Positions 9,213-19,829 of a stretch of 64,000 nt of DNA are shown in pieces (the first letter of the stretch is position 1; the number at the start of each line of letters is the position of its first letter). The DNA is from Candidatus Poribacteria bacterium. GTDB lineage: Bacteria > Poribacteria > WGA-4E > WGA-3G. The notes beneath the pieces were generated by a model. That model was not told the origin of the DNA. It made no database searches and saw nothing but the letters and a program-made list of their open reading frames with translations. The DNA is taken from the NCBI GenBank assembly GCA_965215265.1, contig OZ244048.1:768001-832000 (forward strand), written 5' to 3'. Made by a program: the position numbers and the translations under genes.

Positions 9213-11018
9213 ATGAGTATCCGTGCGCAATTGACGCTCAGTTATATTGGCATTGTCCTTCTGGTGCTGTTCGTGATGTACCTCTATCTCGGTGCGACAC
9301 TCAAGGCATCTCTCAGCAGTCGAATCACAAGCGAATTAGAAGTTCAGGCGGCATTAACCCGAGAATTTTTGTTAGAAAAGTTACCGGAAACAGACAACTT
9401 CACTTACGAACTAGATGCACTTGTTGATAGACTTGGAAAGACAACAGAAATAGCCCAGGGTGGGGGAATGCGTGTAACGTTTATTGATGTTGATGGACGC
9501 GTCTGGGGCGATACTGAACGTGATGGCGCTGCGCTTCGCGCGATGGATAATCACCTTAACCGCCCGGAGATTGAAGATGCACTACGGGGAGGGCGGGGTA
9601 TTCGTGACCGTTATAGTAACACAACCCAGACAGAATTCCGTTATTTTGCAACCCCGATTGAGCGTGATGGAATCTTGCTTGGAATTTGTCGTGTTGCACT
9701 CCCGATGAAAACTGTCAACACTGCCATCGGAAATCTTTGGCGCATGCTCCTATTTGCAAGTGGGGCGGGGTTAATTCTCGTGGGCCTCTTCAGTATCTTT
9801 ACTACCGGCGCTATCGTCAAACCGATCCAAAAATTGACACAAACAACACAAGCACTTGCCGCAGGGAATATAACGTCACGCGTGCCTGTCAATTCTGTAA
9901 ACGAATTAGGGCAACTCTCCCGAAATTTCAATCTAATGGCGGATAGAGTGCAAGCGCACATTCACCGCATTTCTCAAGAACATGGACGCTTGGACACAAT
10001 TTTGACCAATATGGGGGAGGGGGTGTTACTTGTCAACGGTGCCTCTGAGATTACCTACGCCAATCCGGCGGCCATTACGATGTTAGCACTGCCCGATAAA
10101 TATATTGGTAGAGCTCTGATTGAAATCAACCGTAAACCTGAATTACAAGCACTCCTTAAAGAAGCAGCACAAACCGAATCCGTTGCTTTTGCAGAAATTC
10201 CACTTGGGATTCTCAGGGAGCCTGAGGCAGAGGTTACCGTGGTGCCGGTATCTGCGGGACGAGAATATCTTATTGTTATTCACGATGTCAGTCAAGTCCG
10301 ACAACTAGAGCGAATTCGCGCCGATTTTGTCGCCAACGTCTCACATGAACTTCGGACCCCACTAACCGCAATTCAAGGATACGCTGAAACCCTTCTGAAT
10401 TCCGATACCCCAGAAAATAAAAAGCACGAGCAATTCATCATCAAAATCCTCAATCACACCGTACGCCTCTCACGATTAGTTTCTGATTTGCTGGACCTGT
10501 CGTGTCTTGAATCTGGGGATGTTGAATTGAAACGGACACCTTGCCACCTCAATGACTTTCATCAACCGATTTTAGAGATTTTTGAACCGGTCCTCGAGGA
10601 ATCCGGTTTAGTATTGGAATGGAATACGCCCGGAACGCTCCCCCAGGTTAACGTTGACAAACAACTCTTCATGGAAATTTTTGTAAACCTCATCGACAAT
10701 GCAATTAAATATACCCCCGATGGCGGCACCATAACTGTCTCAGCAGATGTTTCAATAGCCGAGGATTCACCTACCGAGAACGAAATCGTCATTCATGTCA
10801 AGGATACCGGAATCGGCATCCCGTTGGAATCCCAATCTCGGGTGTTTGAGCGGTTTTATCGCGTGGATAAAGGGCGCGCACGCGCGATGGGGGGCACCGG
10901 GTTAGGCTTGGCGATTACCAAACACATTGTATTGTGCCATAACGGCAGAGTCTGGTTGGAAAGTACATTAGGACAGGGTACCGTGTTTCACGTTGCTTTA
11001 AAGGCACTGTCCAATTAA
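9213..11018 (+). CDS. PhoR-like sensor histidine kinase (HAMP-PAS-HisKA-HATPase)
   Basis: FVANVSHELRTPLT, NLIDNAIKY, FERFYRVDKGR, GGTGLGLAI; two TM helices. Confidence 0.9.
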   Translation: MSIRAQLTLSYIGIVLLVLFVMYLYLGATLKASLSSRITSELEVQAALTREFLLEKLPETDNFTYELDALVDRLGKTTEIAQGGGMRVTFIDVDGRVWGDTERDGAALRAMDNHLNRPEIEDALRGGRGIRDRYSNTTQTEFRYFATPIERDGILLGICRVALPMKTVNTAIGNLWRMLLFASGAGLILVGLFSIFTTGAIVKPIQKLTQTTQALAAGNITSRVPVNSVNELGQLSRNFNLMADRVQAHIHRISQEHGRLDTILTNMGEGVLLVNGASEITYANPAAITMLALPDKYIGRALIEINRKPELQALLKEAAQTESVAFAEIPLGILREPEAEVTVVPVSAGREYLIVIHDVSQVRQLERIRADFVANVSHELRTPLTAIQGYAETLLNSDTPENKKHEQFIIKILNHTVRLSRLVSDLLDLSCLESGDVELKRTPCHLNDFHQPILEIFEPVLEESGLVLEWNTPGTLPQVNVDKQLFMEIFVNLIDNAIKYTPDGGTITVSADVSIAEDSPTENEIVIHVKDTGIGIPLESQSRVFERFYRVDKGRARAMGGTGLGLAITKHIVLCHNGRVWLESTLGQGTVFHVALKALSN

Positions 11019-11136
11019 CCTAATTCGTGTTATTTTTCCATAGGGCTAGCTAGCTCTACCCAGCTGCGATATCCAGCAGTGGATTGCTATCATAGAAATT
11101 TGCAAAATCCGTCCTGACCATAATAAGGAGGTAAAA

Positions 11137-12039
11137 ATGTTTGAAAAACTCGGAATTGTGACGAATATCTGGGCCGTCGCAATGGAAAACGGTAGCAGTT
11201 TTGAGGACTGTCTGGTTACATTCGGCAAAGCTCAGCTTACCGATATGGAGGTGCGTGAAGGCCCTTATCTCCGCAATTCTGCGTTTGGTTCTCTGCTCAA
11301 ACAATTAGAATCTGCTATGCCTACTTACACGGATGCTGACTGGAAAGCGTTCTGCGAAGCTATATGGAATGAAGAACCTTTGCAAACCGAACATCCGGAA
11401 CTTTTTGATAAGGTAGCGGTTTTTGTTCAAAAAGCATCAGAATATAAATTAACGTTGAGTTATGCGATGTCGCATCCGTGGCTCAGGTCCCCAGCGGATA
11501 TTGATGCAGATACACAACAGATTATTAGAGGAAAAAAATTGGCATATCTGCTGTGCCCTGCACAAGCACGCCTTCGTGTCGTAGATCTGGACACTGAAGA
11601 ACTTCGTGAGCTGCAAGCGGTTAGCAATCTCAAACGTTATAATGCACTCGTGCCAGACTATCCGATAACTTTCGCCGTTGAAAACGCCCGGCAGTCCGCG
11701 CTGTTGACCTTAGAATTGGCGATTGCAGGAGGCGCGAAACTCACTTATGACGAAGCCAACACCTATCGTGCTGATGGAACAACTTTGAATTCACCGGATG
11801 AATTCTGGAGTGCTGTCAAGATGGAAAATCTCACGTCGGTCCACTTTAAGCAGAAAACAGGTGCCGGCGTGTTAAACAGTATCGAGGATGGGTTTGTAGA
11901 TTTCCAAACAATCGCCAACCACTTGCGAACGCGCGGTTATACCGGAGATCTGCTGCTTGAGAACAGTTCCACATCATCGGCACTGATGGATGCCTTGGCA
12001 AGTCGTGAATATCTAAGTAGAAAAGGCGAAAAACAGTGA
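11137..12039 (+). CDS. Sugar-phosphate isomerase/epimerase-like TIM-barrel protein
   Basis: AVEN, TYDEAN, SVHFKQ and GYTGDLLLEN metal-binding pattern. Confidence 0.6.
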   Translation: MFEKLGIVTNIWAVAMENGSSFEDCLVTFGKAQLTDMEVREGPYLRNSAFGSLLKQLESAMPTYTDADWKAFCEAIWNEEPLQTEHPELFDKVAVFVQKASEYKLTLSYAMSHPWLRSPADIDADTQQIIRGKKLAYLLCPAQARLRVVDLDTEELRELQAVSNLKRYNALVPDYPITFAVENARQSALLTLELAIAGGAKLTYDEANTYRADGTTLNSPDEFWSAVKMENLTSVHFKQKTGAGVLNSIEDGFVDFQTIANHLRTRGYTGDLLLENSSTSSALMDALASREYLSRKGEKQ

Positions 12040-12074
12040 TGTCTTCCGCCCTAGATTTGTTGTTTAAAAAGTAG

Positions 12075-12923
12075 TTAAAAAGGTGTTTCTTGAGATTGCG
12101 CTGTTTCTGTGTCAGATTTACTCGCTGTTGCCGCGCCATCCGACTCTGGTTCCTCAATCGTTGGCACTTCGCTTTCTTGGTTCGCCGTAGTTAACTGTTT
12201 AATCCGGATGCACAACTCATCCAACAGTTTTGGTGCGGTTTCCGCCGCTTTGAGCTCTGCCGAGAGCTGCGTCCACTGCATCTCCGACATATCGTTTCGG
12301 GATGCTACCGCGTACTTGCGTTTTATATAGTTCCACAAATCGACCTTAGAGATGCCCCTCTTTTCAAGCACATCCGCTAATTGGCTTGCTATGGCAAAGG
12401 CGGCTTTTTGAGCATTCGTAATATTTCCGCCGCCTTGACGCGATGGCGTTTGTTGCGAGTTTGCTTTGCCTTCACCGGCCTTCCGATGCAGGTAGTAGTT
12501 GAGTACCTCACGAATCACCGGCACCGGTATGAGCTGTTTAATCGCATTTCGTTGTGCTTTGTGAATCGCTTTGGTAAATGCAAACGGATCCGGCCGGCTA
12601 CCCATCATCTTGGGCTGTTCATACGCACCATAGCGCGATGAACCCGTGATGGTATCAGTCGCTTTTGCGATGACAATCCAGGAATGATCGCGTTCTTCGT
12701 ACTTGACTTCTTCGACTTGGATACCCCCTCGACGATTCGCGGCTTCGTTAATACCTGCTAATGTTAAACCTTCAACAGTACGGCCACTCTGTTTGAACGA
12801 ATAAACATAATCTTGAATCGTCTGGCCCGTCATTAACTCAATAATTGCCTGGTCGTCTACTTGATCTACGACTTCATATTCAGCCGTAACCGGCACAACC
12901 TCATTCTTTTTTTCTTCTGCCAT
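12075..12923 (-). CDS. Hypothetical protein, possible Rad52/Sak-like single-strand annealing fold
   Basis: ATG after GGAGAG; VIAKATDTITGSSRYG...AFTKAIHKAQRNAIKQLI; acidic tail ending in PF. Confidence 0.55.
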   Translation of the reverse strand: MAEEKKNEVVPVTAEYEVVDQVDDQAIIELMTGQTIQDYVYSFKQSGRTVEGLTLAGINEAANRRGGIQVEEVKYEERDHSWIVIAKATDTITGSSRYGAYEQPKMMGSRPDPFAFTKAIHKAQRNAIKQLIPVPVIREVLNYYLHRKAGEGKANSQQTPSRQGGGNITNAQKAAFAIASQLADVLEKRGISKVDLWNYIKRKYAVASRNDMSEMQWTQLSAELKAAETAPKLLDELCIRIKQLTTANQESEVPTIEEPESDGAATASKSDTETAQSQETPF

Positions 12924-13253
12924 GATACTCTCCAAAATTTATATTTAACATGAGTATACCCTATTTTCCCACTGATGTCAAGTAAAATTTTCGACTCGGA
13001 AGTAGTGATAAGGTATCTTTAGCGTGAGCACTCCGGTACCCATCTCGCCAGAGATCCCCTGGCCGAAGGTTTATCACCCGTAAACCTCACTTTCCACACA
13101 CTTCAGAATCTTCGCAAAGAATTTGAATTGCAAATCTTATTCTGCTATAATATGAATGGAGATCATTCCGTTATGCGTTGGCAAAGGAACCCAGACATCT
13201 AAGCGACACATCCAGTTTTTTATGATACATTTCTACGAGAGGATCGGCAATCG

Positions 13254-14843
13254 ATGACAATCCCGCTTCTCCAGATGCAGTCCATTACAAAAGATTTTCC
13301 CGGGGTGCGTGCCCTTGACAACGTATCGTTCTTTGTAAATTGTGCAATAGCGGGACGGGGTGAGATACACGCGCTTTGTGGAGAAAATGGTGCCGGCAAA
13401 TCAACGTTGATTAAAATTCTGGGAGGCGTGCATCCGTATGGACATTACGAAGGACACCTTCGGATTGATGGAGCGGAACAACGATTCCAAACGGTGCGCG
13501 ATGCGGAGCGCGCAGGCATCGCCATCATCCATCAGGAACTAGCACTCATTCCAGAAATGCCGGTCGCGGAAAATATCTATTTAGGCATTGAACCCCGGCG
13601 AGCCGGCATTATCAACAGACCCCGTCTGTACCGCGATGCAGCGCAACTGCTCTCACAGTTCGGTTTGAATATTCCACTACACACGCGTGTACACGAACTC
13701 GGCATCGGACAGCAGCAATTGGTAGAAATTGCCAAGGCACTCTCCCGGAATTCACGATTGCTCGTGCTTGACGAACCGACTGCAGCGCTCACTGAAAGCG
13801 AAGTCGGGCTGCTCCATCAGATTCTGGCAAAACTTCAAGAAAGGGGTGTCGCTTGTATCTATATCACCCACAAACTTAACGAAATCTTCCAAATTGCTGA
13901 CAGAGTCACGGTGTTACGCGATGGCAAAACAGTGGCGACACAAACAATTCAAAACTGCACTGAGGCACAGTTGATTTCTCAAATGGTTGGGCGGAAGTTA
14001 ACGACGCTATTTCCACATTGTAACCTACGCAACTGTGTTCTATCACAAGCTGAAACTCGAGCTTCCGAAATAGAACAGGAACAAGTAGCATTACGGGTTG
14101 AAAACCTAAGCACTTATCCTGCGGAACCGCCACGTCTGAATTCTATCAGTTTTGAAGTGCGGTGTGGGGAAATCCTGGGACTCGCCGGCCTGATGGGAGC
14201 AGGTAGAACAGAACTGATTAATGTGATTTTTGGGGCATCCTCCGTAAAAAGTCATGGGCAGGTGTTACTAAACGGGCACATTGTTGAGTTTGACTCTCCG
14301 CGAGATGCAATCGCGCATGGCATAGGGTTGGTTAGTGAGGATAGGAGACGCTACGGACTAATTTTGGATGCAGGTATTGACTGGAATATGACACTCCCGA
14401 GTTTAGGTGTATCCGCGGAAATGGTGCAATACGGTGTTATTAATCGTAATGCAGCGGTTCAAAAAAGCAAGCAGTATGTAGATGCCCTCCGTATCAAAGC
14501 TTCATCGCCAGAAATACCGGTGAACCATCTCAGCGGCGGAAATCAACAGAAAGTCGTCTTAGGCAAATGGTTAATGACACGTCCAAGCGTGTTACTCCTT
14601 GATGAACCGACTCGTGGCATTGATGTCGGAGCAAAGGTCGAAATTCACAGCCTCATTGCGCAGCTTGCAGCGGAAGGTGTCGCAATTGTACTCGTTTCGT
14701 CCGAACTTCCTGAAATATTAGGAATGAGCGACAGGATTTTAGTGTTACATGAGGGCGAAATCACCGGCGAATTTACCAACGAAAATGTAACGCAAGAGGA
14801 TATCTTGCGGTGTGCTGCAGGAATGTATGAAGAAGATATTTAA
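13254..14843 (+). CDS. Monosaccharide ABC transporter ATP-binding protein (XylG/RbsA type)
   Basis: Tandem NBDs: GENGAGKST, LDEPTAAL, LSGGNQQKV, DEPTRGIDVGAK. Confidence 0.93.
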   Translation: MTIPLLQMQSITKDFPGVRALDNVSFFVNCAIAGRGEIHALCGENGAGKSTLIKILGGVHPYGHYEGHLRIDGAEQRFQTVRDAERAGIAIIHQELALIPEMPVAENIYLGIEPRRAGIINRPRLYRDAAQLLSQFGLNIPLHTRVHELGIGQQQLVEIAKALSRNSRLLVLDEPTAALTESEVGLLHQILAKLQERGVACIYITHKLNEIFQIADRVTVLRDGKTVATQTIQNCTEAQLISQMVGRKLTTLFPHCNLRNCVLSQAETRASEIEQEQVALRVENLSTYPAEPPRLNSISFEVRCGEILGLAGLMGAGRTELINVIFGASSVKSHGQVLLNGHIVEFDSPRDAIAHGIGLVSEDRRRYGLILDAGIDWNMTLPSLGVSAEMVQYGVINRNAAVQKSKQYVDALRIKASSPEIPVNHLSGGNQQKVVLGKWLMTRPSVLLLDEPTRGIDVGAKVEIHSLIAQLAAEGVAIVLVSSELPEILGMSDRILVLHEGEITGEFTNENVTQEDILRCAAGMYEEDI

Positions 14844-15258
14844 AACAGAAAGTCCTGAGGAAACACAAATCCTCGGTGAACAACTCGGAAAAACGCTAAA
14901 ACCGGGCGATGTCATTGCACTGACTGGCGACCTCGGAACCGGAAAAACCTGCTTGACACAAGGCATCGCATGTGGTGTAGGTATCGCACCAGACGAAATT
15001 GTCTGCAGCCCGTCCTATATTCTGATTAATGAATATAACGGTACAGTTCCTATCTATCATATCGACCTGTATCGGTTGGAAAACCATATGGAAATTGCAG
15101 ACCTTGGGCTCATTGAGTATGTAGAAAGTGACGGCATCTGCATTATTGAATGGGCAGAGCGGATGGAAAACGCGTTACCAAAGGATTGTGTCAAGATTAA
15201 CATAACGTGGGAAGATGAAAACATCCGACAAATCACGATACAACGTCCTCTACCTTGA
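14827..15258 (+). CDS. tsaE: t6A biosynthesis ATPase TsaE
   Basis: GDLGTGKT, SPSYILINEY, HIDLYRL, IIEWAE. Confidence 0.95.
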   Translation: MKKIFKTESPEETQILGEQLGKTLKPGDVIALTGDLGTGKTCLTQGIACGVGIAPDEIVCSPSYILINEYNGTVPIYHIDLYRLENHMEIADLGLIEYVESDGICIIEWAERMENALPKDCVKINITWEDENIRQITIQRPLP

Positions 15259-16447
15259 TAGCGGTTCCGGAATCGGCGGTGGACAACGGAGCCTGCTCTT
15301 ACTGCTAAAGTCGTTAAACCAGAACCGGTTCCGTCCGTTTGTCGGGTGCTTGGACAACAGCCTCTTCAAAACAGCCTGCCAGCGTGGGACAGATGCCCAT
15401 ATTGTCCCCTTAGCACTTCCTGTAGCACACAACAAAACCGATAAAAACCGGCGCTTCACACTTCGCGATATTTTCAAGGATCTTCGGCAAATCAAGGTGA
15501 TTCATCAAATCCATCGTGCTGTCAAGGAGCACGCGATTGAGCTCATCCATGCCAATTCACTGTCGGTGGCTCTACTTGGAGGCATCGTGGCGAGATGGAA
15601 CCGCATCCCCATTATAATGCATAAACGGTACGCCACGTCCTACGGTATCCTTGATAGGATCTGTGAAAAACTCCTGCACCGTGTGATTCTAGTTTCAGAG
15701 GCAACACGTTGGAACTTCGCCCCAGAGGAAAAGCAGAACCTAATCTATAACGGGGTAGACCTAGATGCTTTTCAGGCATCTGATGCTGAAGTCGAAACTC
15801 TCCGCGCACAGTTCTTTCCACCAGAACCTCATAACGGTAAAACTCAAGAGAAGCAGTCTACTATAACGGTGGCAGCACCCACTTCCAGCCCAACTCCAAT
15901 TGTCACAGGAATTGTCACGCGGATAACACCAGAAAAGGGCATCCATTTTTTGGTCAGCGCGATGGCTGAATTGAAAGGGAAAACTGATGTCAAACTCCTC
16001 GTCGTCGGAGGTCCCTACTTTGAAAAAGATTACGATTATATGGAATCGCTAAAGCAGACGGTCGTGAAACACGGTCTTGAAGACACCGTTATGTTCACCG
16101 GGTTTTTAGCGGATACACGTGTTGTAACGTCCTTGCTTGATATCGTGCTGGTGCCATCTATTATCCCAGAAGCATGCCCGCGTACCATCATTGAGGCAAT
16201 GGCAGTCGGTACACCTGTTATCACCACGCCGTTAGGCGGAAGCAAAGAATTGGTCACACCGGAAACCGGAATGTTAGTGCCGCCTGAGAATGCAAAAGCA
16301 ATCGCTGATGCTATTGCCACACTCGCTTCCGATCCGGAACAACTAACTGCCATGGGAAAAGCCGCACGCCGCCGTGCAGAGGAGTTGTTTAGCAGTGAAA
16401 AGAATACCGCGTTGACCCAAGCAGTCTACGTGGAGTTATTAACGTGA
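15215..16447 (+). CDS. GT4 family glycosyltransferase
   Basis: GGGQR, RITPEKG, PSIIPEACPRTIIEAMAVG. Confidence 0.9.
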   Translation: MKTSDKSRYNVLYLDSGSGIGGGQRSLLLLLKSLNQNRFRPFVGCLDNSLFKTACQRGTDAHIVPLALPVAHNKTDKNRRFTLRDIFKDLRQIKVIHQIHRAVKEHAIELIHANSLSVALLGGIVARWNRIPIIMHKRYATSYGILDRICEKLLHRVILVSEATRWNFAPEEKQNLIYNGVDLDAFQASDAEVETLRAQFFPPEPHNGKTQEKQSTITVAAPTSSPTPIVTGIVTRITPEKGIHFLVSAMAELKGKTDVKLLVVGGPYFEKDYDYMESLKQTVVKHGLEDTVMFTGFLADTRVVTSLLDIVLVPSIIPEACPRTIIEAMAVGTPVITTPLGGSKELVTPETGMLVPPENAKAIADAIATLASDPEQLTAMGKAARRRAEELFSSEKNTALTQAVYVELLT

Positions 16448-16460
16448 GGTTGGCAATCTG

Positions 16461-16489
16461 TTGACAAATTGGGACAACCTTGCTACAAT
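16461..16489 (+). promoter_or_regulatory. Sigma-70 promoter
   Basis: TTGACA-17 nt-TACAAT with TG extension, upstream of 16554. Confidence 0.6.
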
Positions 16490-16553
16490 TAGTTGACTGA
16501 ATACGGAAACGCATAGTGAAAATTAAAGAATACAATCAAATTTAGGTGATACC

Positions 16554-17588
16554 GTGGATGAAAATAGAGGAAAACTGGTTAGCCCACCACAAGGCGCTCA
16601 AGTTAGCCAAGGCAAATTGGACCAAGCATCTCAACTCATAGGAGAGGAAATTAGCGACACTTCCAAGTGGGTAGAAATCTACCGCACTCGTGACGACTGG
16701 GAAGTCAAATTAATTCAAGCGACCTTAGGTGCACAACAGATTCGGTGCCGCCCGGTTCAGATAAAATCGGAACGCCAAACGCTACTTTTCGTTGAACCCG
16801 AGCATCAAGTTACAGCGATGGAGTTAGTGAGTCGTGTCGGCGTTGCAATTACGGATAATCAGATGACAACCCCTCAAGCAGAGACACTTAAACAACGTGA
16901 TATGGCAGCTGTCCAAGAACCGGAACAACAAGCAGCGCCATCGGATTCCGCTGAGGTAATCCTTGCAGAGCGCGAAAGCATCGGGAGTGTTGTCTACGTG
17001 CACGGACACGGATATGAACTCCGCATCGGAGCAGAACCCTACATGACTATACCAGAAGACGAATGGGAAGAATTCACGGATTTTAGCGCACAACGTCAAG
17101 AGTTTTTCATCCTTCTCCGTCATGAATATCCAGAACTTTTTCAGTGGTTACAACAAGAAAAGTTGTTAGCAGAATTCATTCGCCTCATTGAGATGACTTA
17201 TCAAGACGGTGCACCAATTCTCACTCCAACTACAGACAGCGAAATGTCTCCTTTTGGCAACTCGGTTTCAAACACTTCACAATTTGACTCCCCTTACAAT
17301 GGTCTCGCTACCCTCAGTCTCTCTATAGCCGTAATTTCACTCCTGACCTTGCTTATTCAGGCACCGTGGTACGCCACGCTTGGCCTCTCGCTTGTTAGCA
17401 TCGCTACTGCCGTAATTGCCAAGTCCCAGATTGATACCAGCGACTCTGATGTGAAAGGCACTCCTATGGCTTTCAGTGCTATTGTACTCTCATGTTTAAC
17501 GATAGTATTCGCCTGGTGGCTAAGTCAACAACCCCCTCCAGCAGAACCGGGGAGGCCACCGGTTAAGGAAATTATCGAAGATCGGTGA
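16554..17588 (+). CDS. Membrane protein of unknown function
   Basis: Soluble N-terminus (WVEIYRTRDDWEVKLIQATL, DUF2007-like) and three C-terminal TM helices. Confidence 0.6.
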   Translation: MDENRGKLVSPPQGAQVSQGKLDQASQLIGEEISDTSKWVEIYRTRDDWEVKLIQATLGAQQIRCRPVQIKSERQTLLFVEPEHQVTAMELVSRVGVAITDNQMTTPQAETLKQRDMAAVQEPEQQAAPSDSAEVILAERESIGSVVYVHGHGYELRIGAEPYMTIPEDEWEEFTDFSAQRQEFFILLRHEYPELFQWLQQEKLLAEFIRLIEMTYQDGAPILTPTTDSEMSPFGNSVSNTSQFDSPYNGLATLSLSIAVISLLTLLIQAPWYATLGLSLVSIATAVIAKSQIDTSDSDVKGTPMAFSAIVLSCLTIVFAWWLSQQPPPAEPGRPPVKEIIEDR

Positions 17589-17922
17589 AATAGTGGGCAC
17601 AGACAGCAGTACATCCTTTGCCCTACAAGTTCTGAAGGGTGATTAGACGACGGCTGTGGGAGTAATCTCCAGAGCTCGATTCTGTTTCCGCACCCGGCGA
17701 ATGCCATGTGCGCATGCGTCGTTGATTCGAGGCGGTATGTTTATAGCATGCCTCACATGCAACAGTTTTTCTCTGCGAATCCTTTCAGTCTATAAATCCA
17801 AGATTCAGACAAGGAGCCGGTGAACAGAATGACGCTACATACAAACCTGCAGACGTTGCAAACAGTGCACGATATATGATAAAATAGTCAATGAATTCTA
17901 TCAGAAAAAAAAAGGAATATTA

Positions 17923-18711
17923 ATGGCTCACTTACGCTACCTACAAATTGCTCAGGATATCCTCAAACAGATTGAGGCGACGCAAACCGATGCAATCGAT
18001 AGAGTCGCTGCGATGTGCTCTGCATCAATCGGTGAAGGCGGACTCGTCTATCTGTTCGGCTCTGGGCACTCCCGTATGGCAGTTGAAGAAATTTTCCCAC
18101 GCTACGGCAGTTACGCAGGTTTTTATCCAATTGTCGAACTTGCTGTGACTTACCATAACCAAGTTGTCGGTTGTAATGGCCAACGGCAGGCCCTCTTTTT
18201 AGAAAATGTCTCCGGATACGCAGAGGTAATCTTGCGAAACTTTACGTTCCGTTCTACAGATTGCATGATTGTCTTTTCCAACTCCGGCACGAATATCTTA
18301 CCCGTTGAAATGGCAATAGAGGCGAAAGAGAAAAACCTTCCTGTCATCGCCGTGACTTCTGTGGCACACAGTCAGGCATCCCGAGCAAAACATACCTCAG
18401 GTAAACGGCTATTTGAAGTTGCTGATGTGACGATTAACAACTGCAATCCGCCCGGCGATGCGGTGGTAGAAATCCCGCATCTCGCGCATCCGGTCGGACC
18501 TACCTCAAGTATCGGCACCCTGGCAATTGCGAACGCGATTAAATGCAGAACAGCACAACTGCTAACAGAAGGCGGAAAACCACCTGTGGTGCTCACCGGT
18601 TCCTATTTCCTTGGGCCCGAAGAATCAGCAAAGCAAATTGAAAGAGCTTATGACGATTACAGCCAACGCGTATCAAGTGCGAAAATGGGTTCGCACCTTA
18701 AGGACTCTTGA
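17923..18711 (+). CDS. SIS-domain sugar isomerase-like protein
   Basis: LFGSGHS, FSNSGTN, VIAVTS, GPTSS. Confidence 0.85.
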   Translation: MAHLRYLQIAQDILKQIEATQTDAIDRVAAMCSASIGEGGLVYLFGSGHSRMAVEEIFPRYGSYAGFYPIVELAVTYHNQVVGCNGQRQALFLENVSGYAEVILRNFTFRSTDCMIVFSNSGTNILPVEMAIEAKEKNLPVIAVTSVAHSQASRAKHTSGKRLFEVADVTINNCNPPGDAVVEIPHLAHPVGPTSSIGTLAIANAIKCRTAQLLTEGGKPPVVLTGSYFLGPEESAKQIERAYDDYSQRVSSAKMGSHLKDS

Positions 18712-18714
18712 AGA

Positions 18715-19788
18715 TCATTGCGTTAACCGTTGAAATTCAGCCAAATAAGCATCTGCTAACTCGCGATTCTCTTTGATAATCAGAAGATTTTCGCTGTTGC
18801 GCGTTTCAGCGTTACGTGAGAAGTTATACGAACCGGTAATCACCGTCTTTTCATCAATAACGATGACCTTGTGGTGCATAGTCGCCCTGTTTTTATCCTG
18901 AATTACGGGCATTCCCTCAGCCTTCATCGGGGCGTATTCGGAATGCTGATCGATTTGTCGCTTTTCAAACACGCCTTGCACCGCGACACCCGATTTAAAA
19001 CGGTCACGCATCGCTTTACCCAGTGCATTGTGCGTAAATGAAAACGCCATGAAATGGATGGACTGTTTAGAAGATCGAATTTCACTTAATAGCGGCGATA
19101 TCGTGTCGTTCCCTGGGGCGAAATAGGTAGAAATTTGTGTGCCATCGCTTAAGGTTAGCCGCGGATATGGAACAGCGGAATCTGACTGCTTGCCGAATCG
19201 GCGAATGAGAAACATCTCCCGAAATTTTTGCGTGAAGTTATAGGCAAGGGATGGTGAGTCAATCCATAAGACGTTATTATTGTTCTTGTAAGCCCCGTTA
19301 TAAGTCGGGTTATAAGAACCTGTCCAGACGTACCGTTCGTCAATTACCACAAATTTGTGATGCATCAATCCTTCGTGTCCGGCATCGTCAGCCACAGCAA
19401 TACCTACCTCTTGTAAACGTCTAATCTGTGATCCCTCTACATAATCGGTTTCGGTGACAATTCGTACCAGCGTCCCGCGTTCATGCGCTTCAATGAGAGC
19501 ATCCGCTACCGGTGCGGAATTTAGCATATAGAGGGCCGCATCAATCCGCTCATCCGCTGTAGCAAGTTTGGCTACGAGCCGGCTTTCAAGCGAGCCGGGT
19601 GCAGTTTTCTTCAGCGGCCCGGCATAGACATCGCTGAAGTAAACCTCCCATGGTTCACCGGCTACGCTTCGCGGTTGTCCATTGTAATAATTGAAAAGGA
19701 TACCGAGTGCAATCGCACCAAATAAAATGAAAAGGAACGATATAAATTTGCCGTTTCCACTTTTCACTTGCGCGCTATTTCCATTCAC
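18715..19788 (-). CDS. Phospholipase D-like (two HKD) membrane-anchored nuclease/lipase
   Basis: Two MHHKxxVID...TGSYN motifs; N-terminal TM helix. Confidence 0.9.
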   Translation of the reverse strand: MNGNSAQVKSGNGKFISFLFILFGAIALGILFNYYNGQPRSVAGEPWEVYFSDVYAGPLKKTAPGSLESRLVAKLATADERIDAALYMLNSAPVADALIEAHERGTLVRIVTETDYVEGSQIRRLQEVGIAVADDAGHEGLMHHKFVVIDERYVWTGSYNPTYNGAYKNNNNVLWIDSPSLAYNFTQKFREMFLIRRFGKQSDSAVPYPRLTLSDGTQISTYFAPGNDTISPLLSEIRSSKQSIHFMAFSFTHNALGKAMRDRFKSGVAVQGVFEKRQIDQHSEYAPMKAEGMPVIQDKNRATMHHKVIVIDEKTVITGSYNFSRNAETRNSENLLIIKENRELADAYLAEFQRLTQ

Positions 19789-19829
19789 TATATTTCCCCT
19801 TCATAGATAGCCCAAATTCATTAAAAAAT

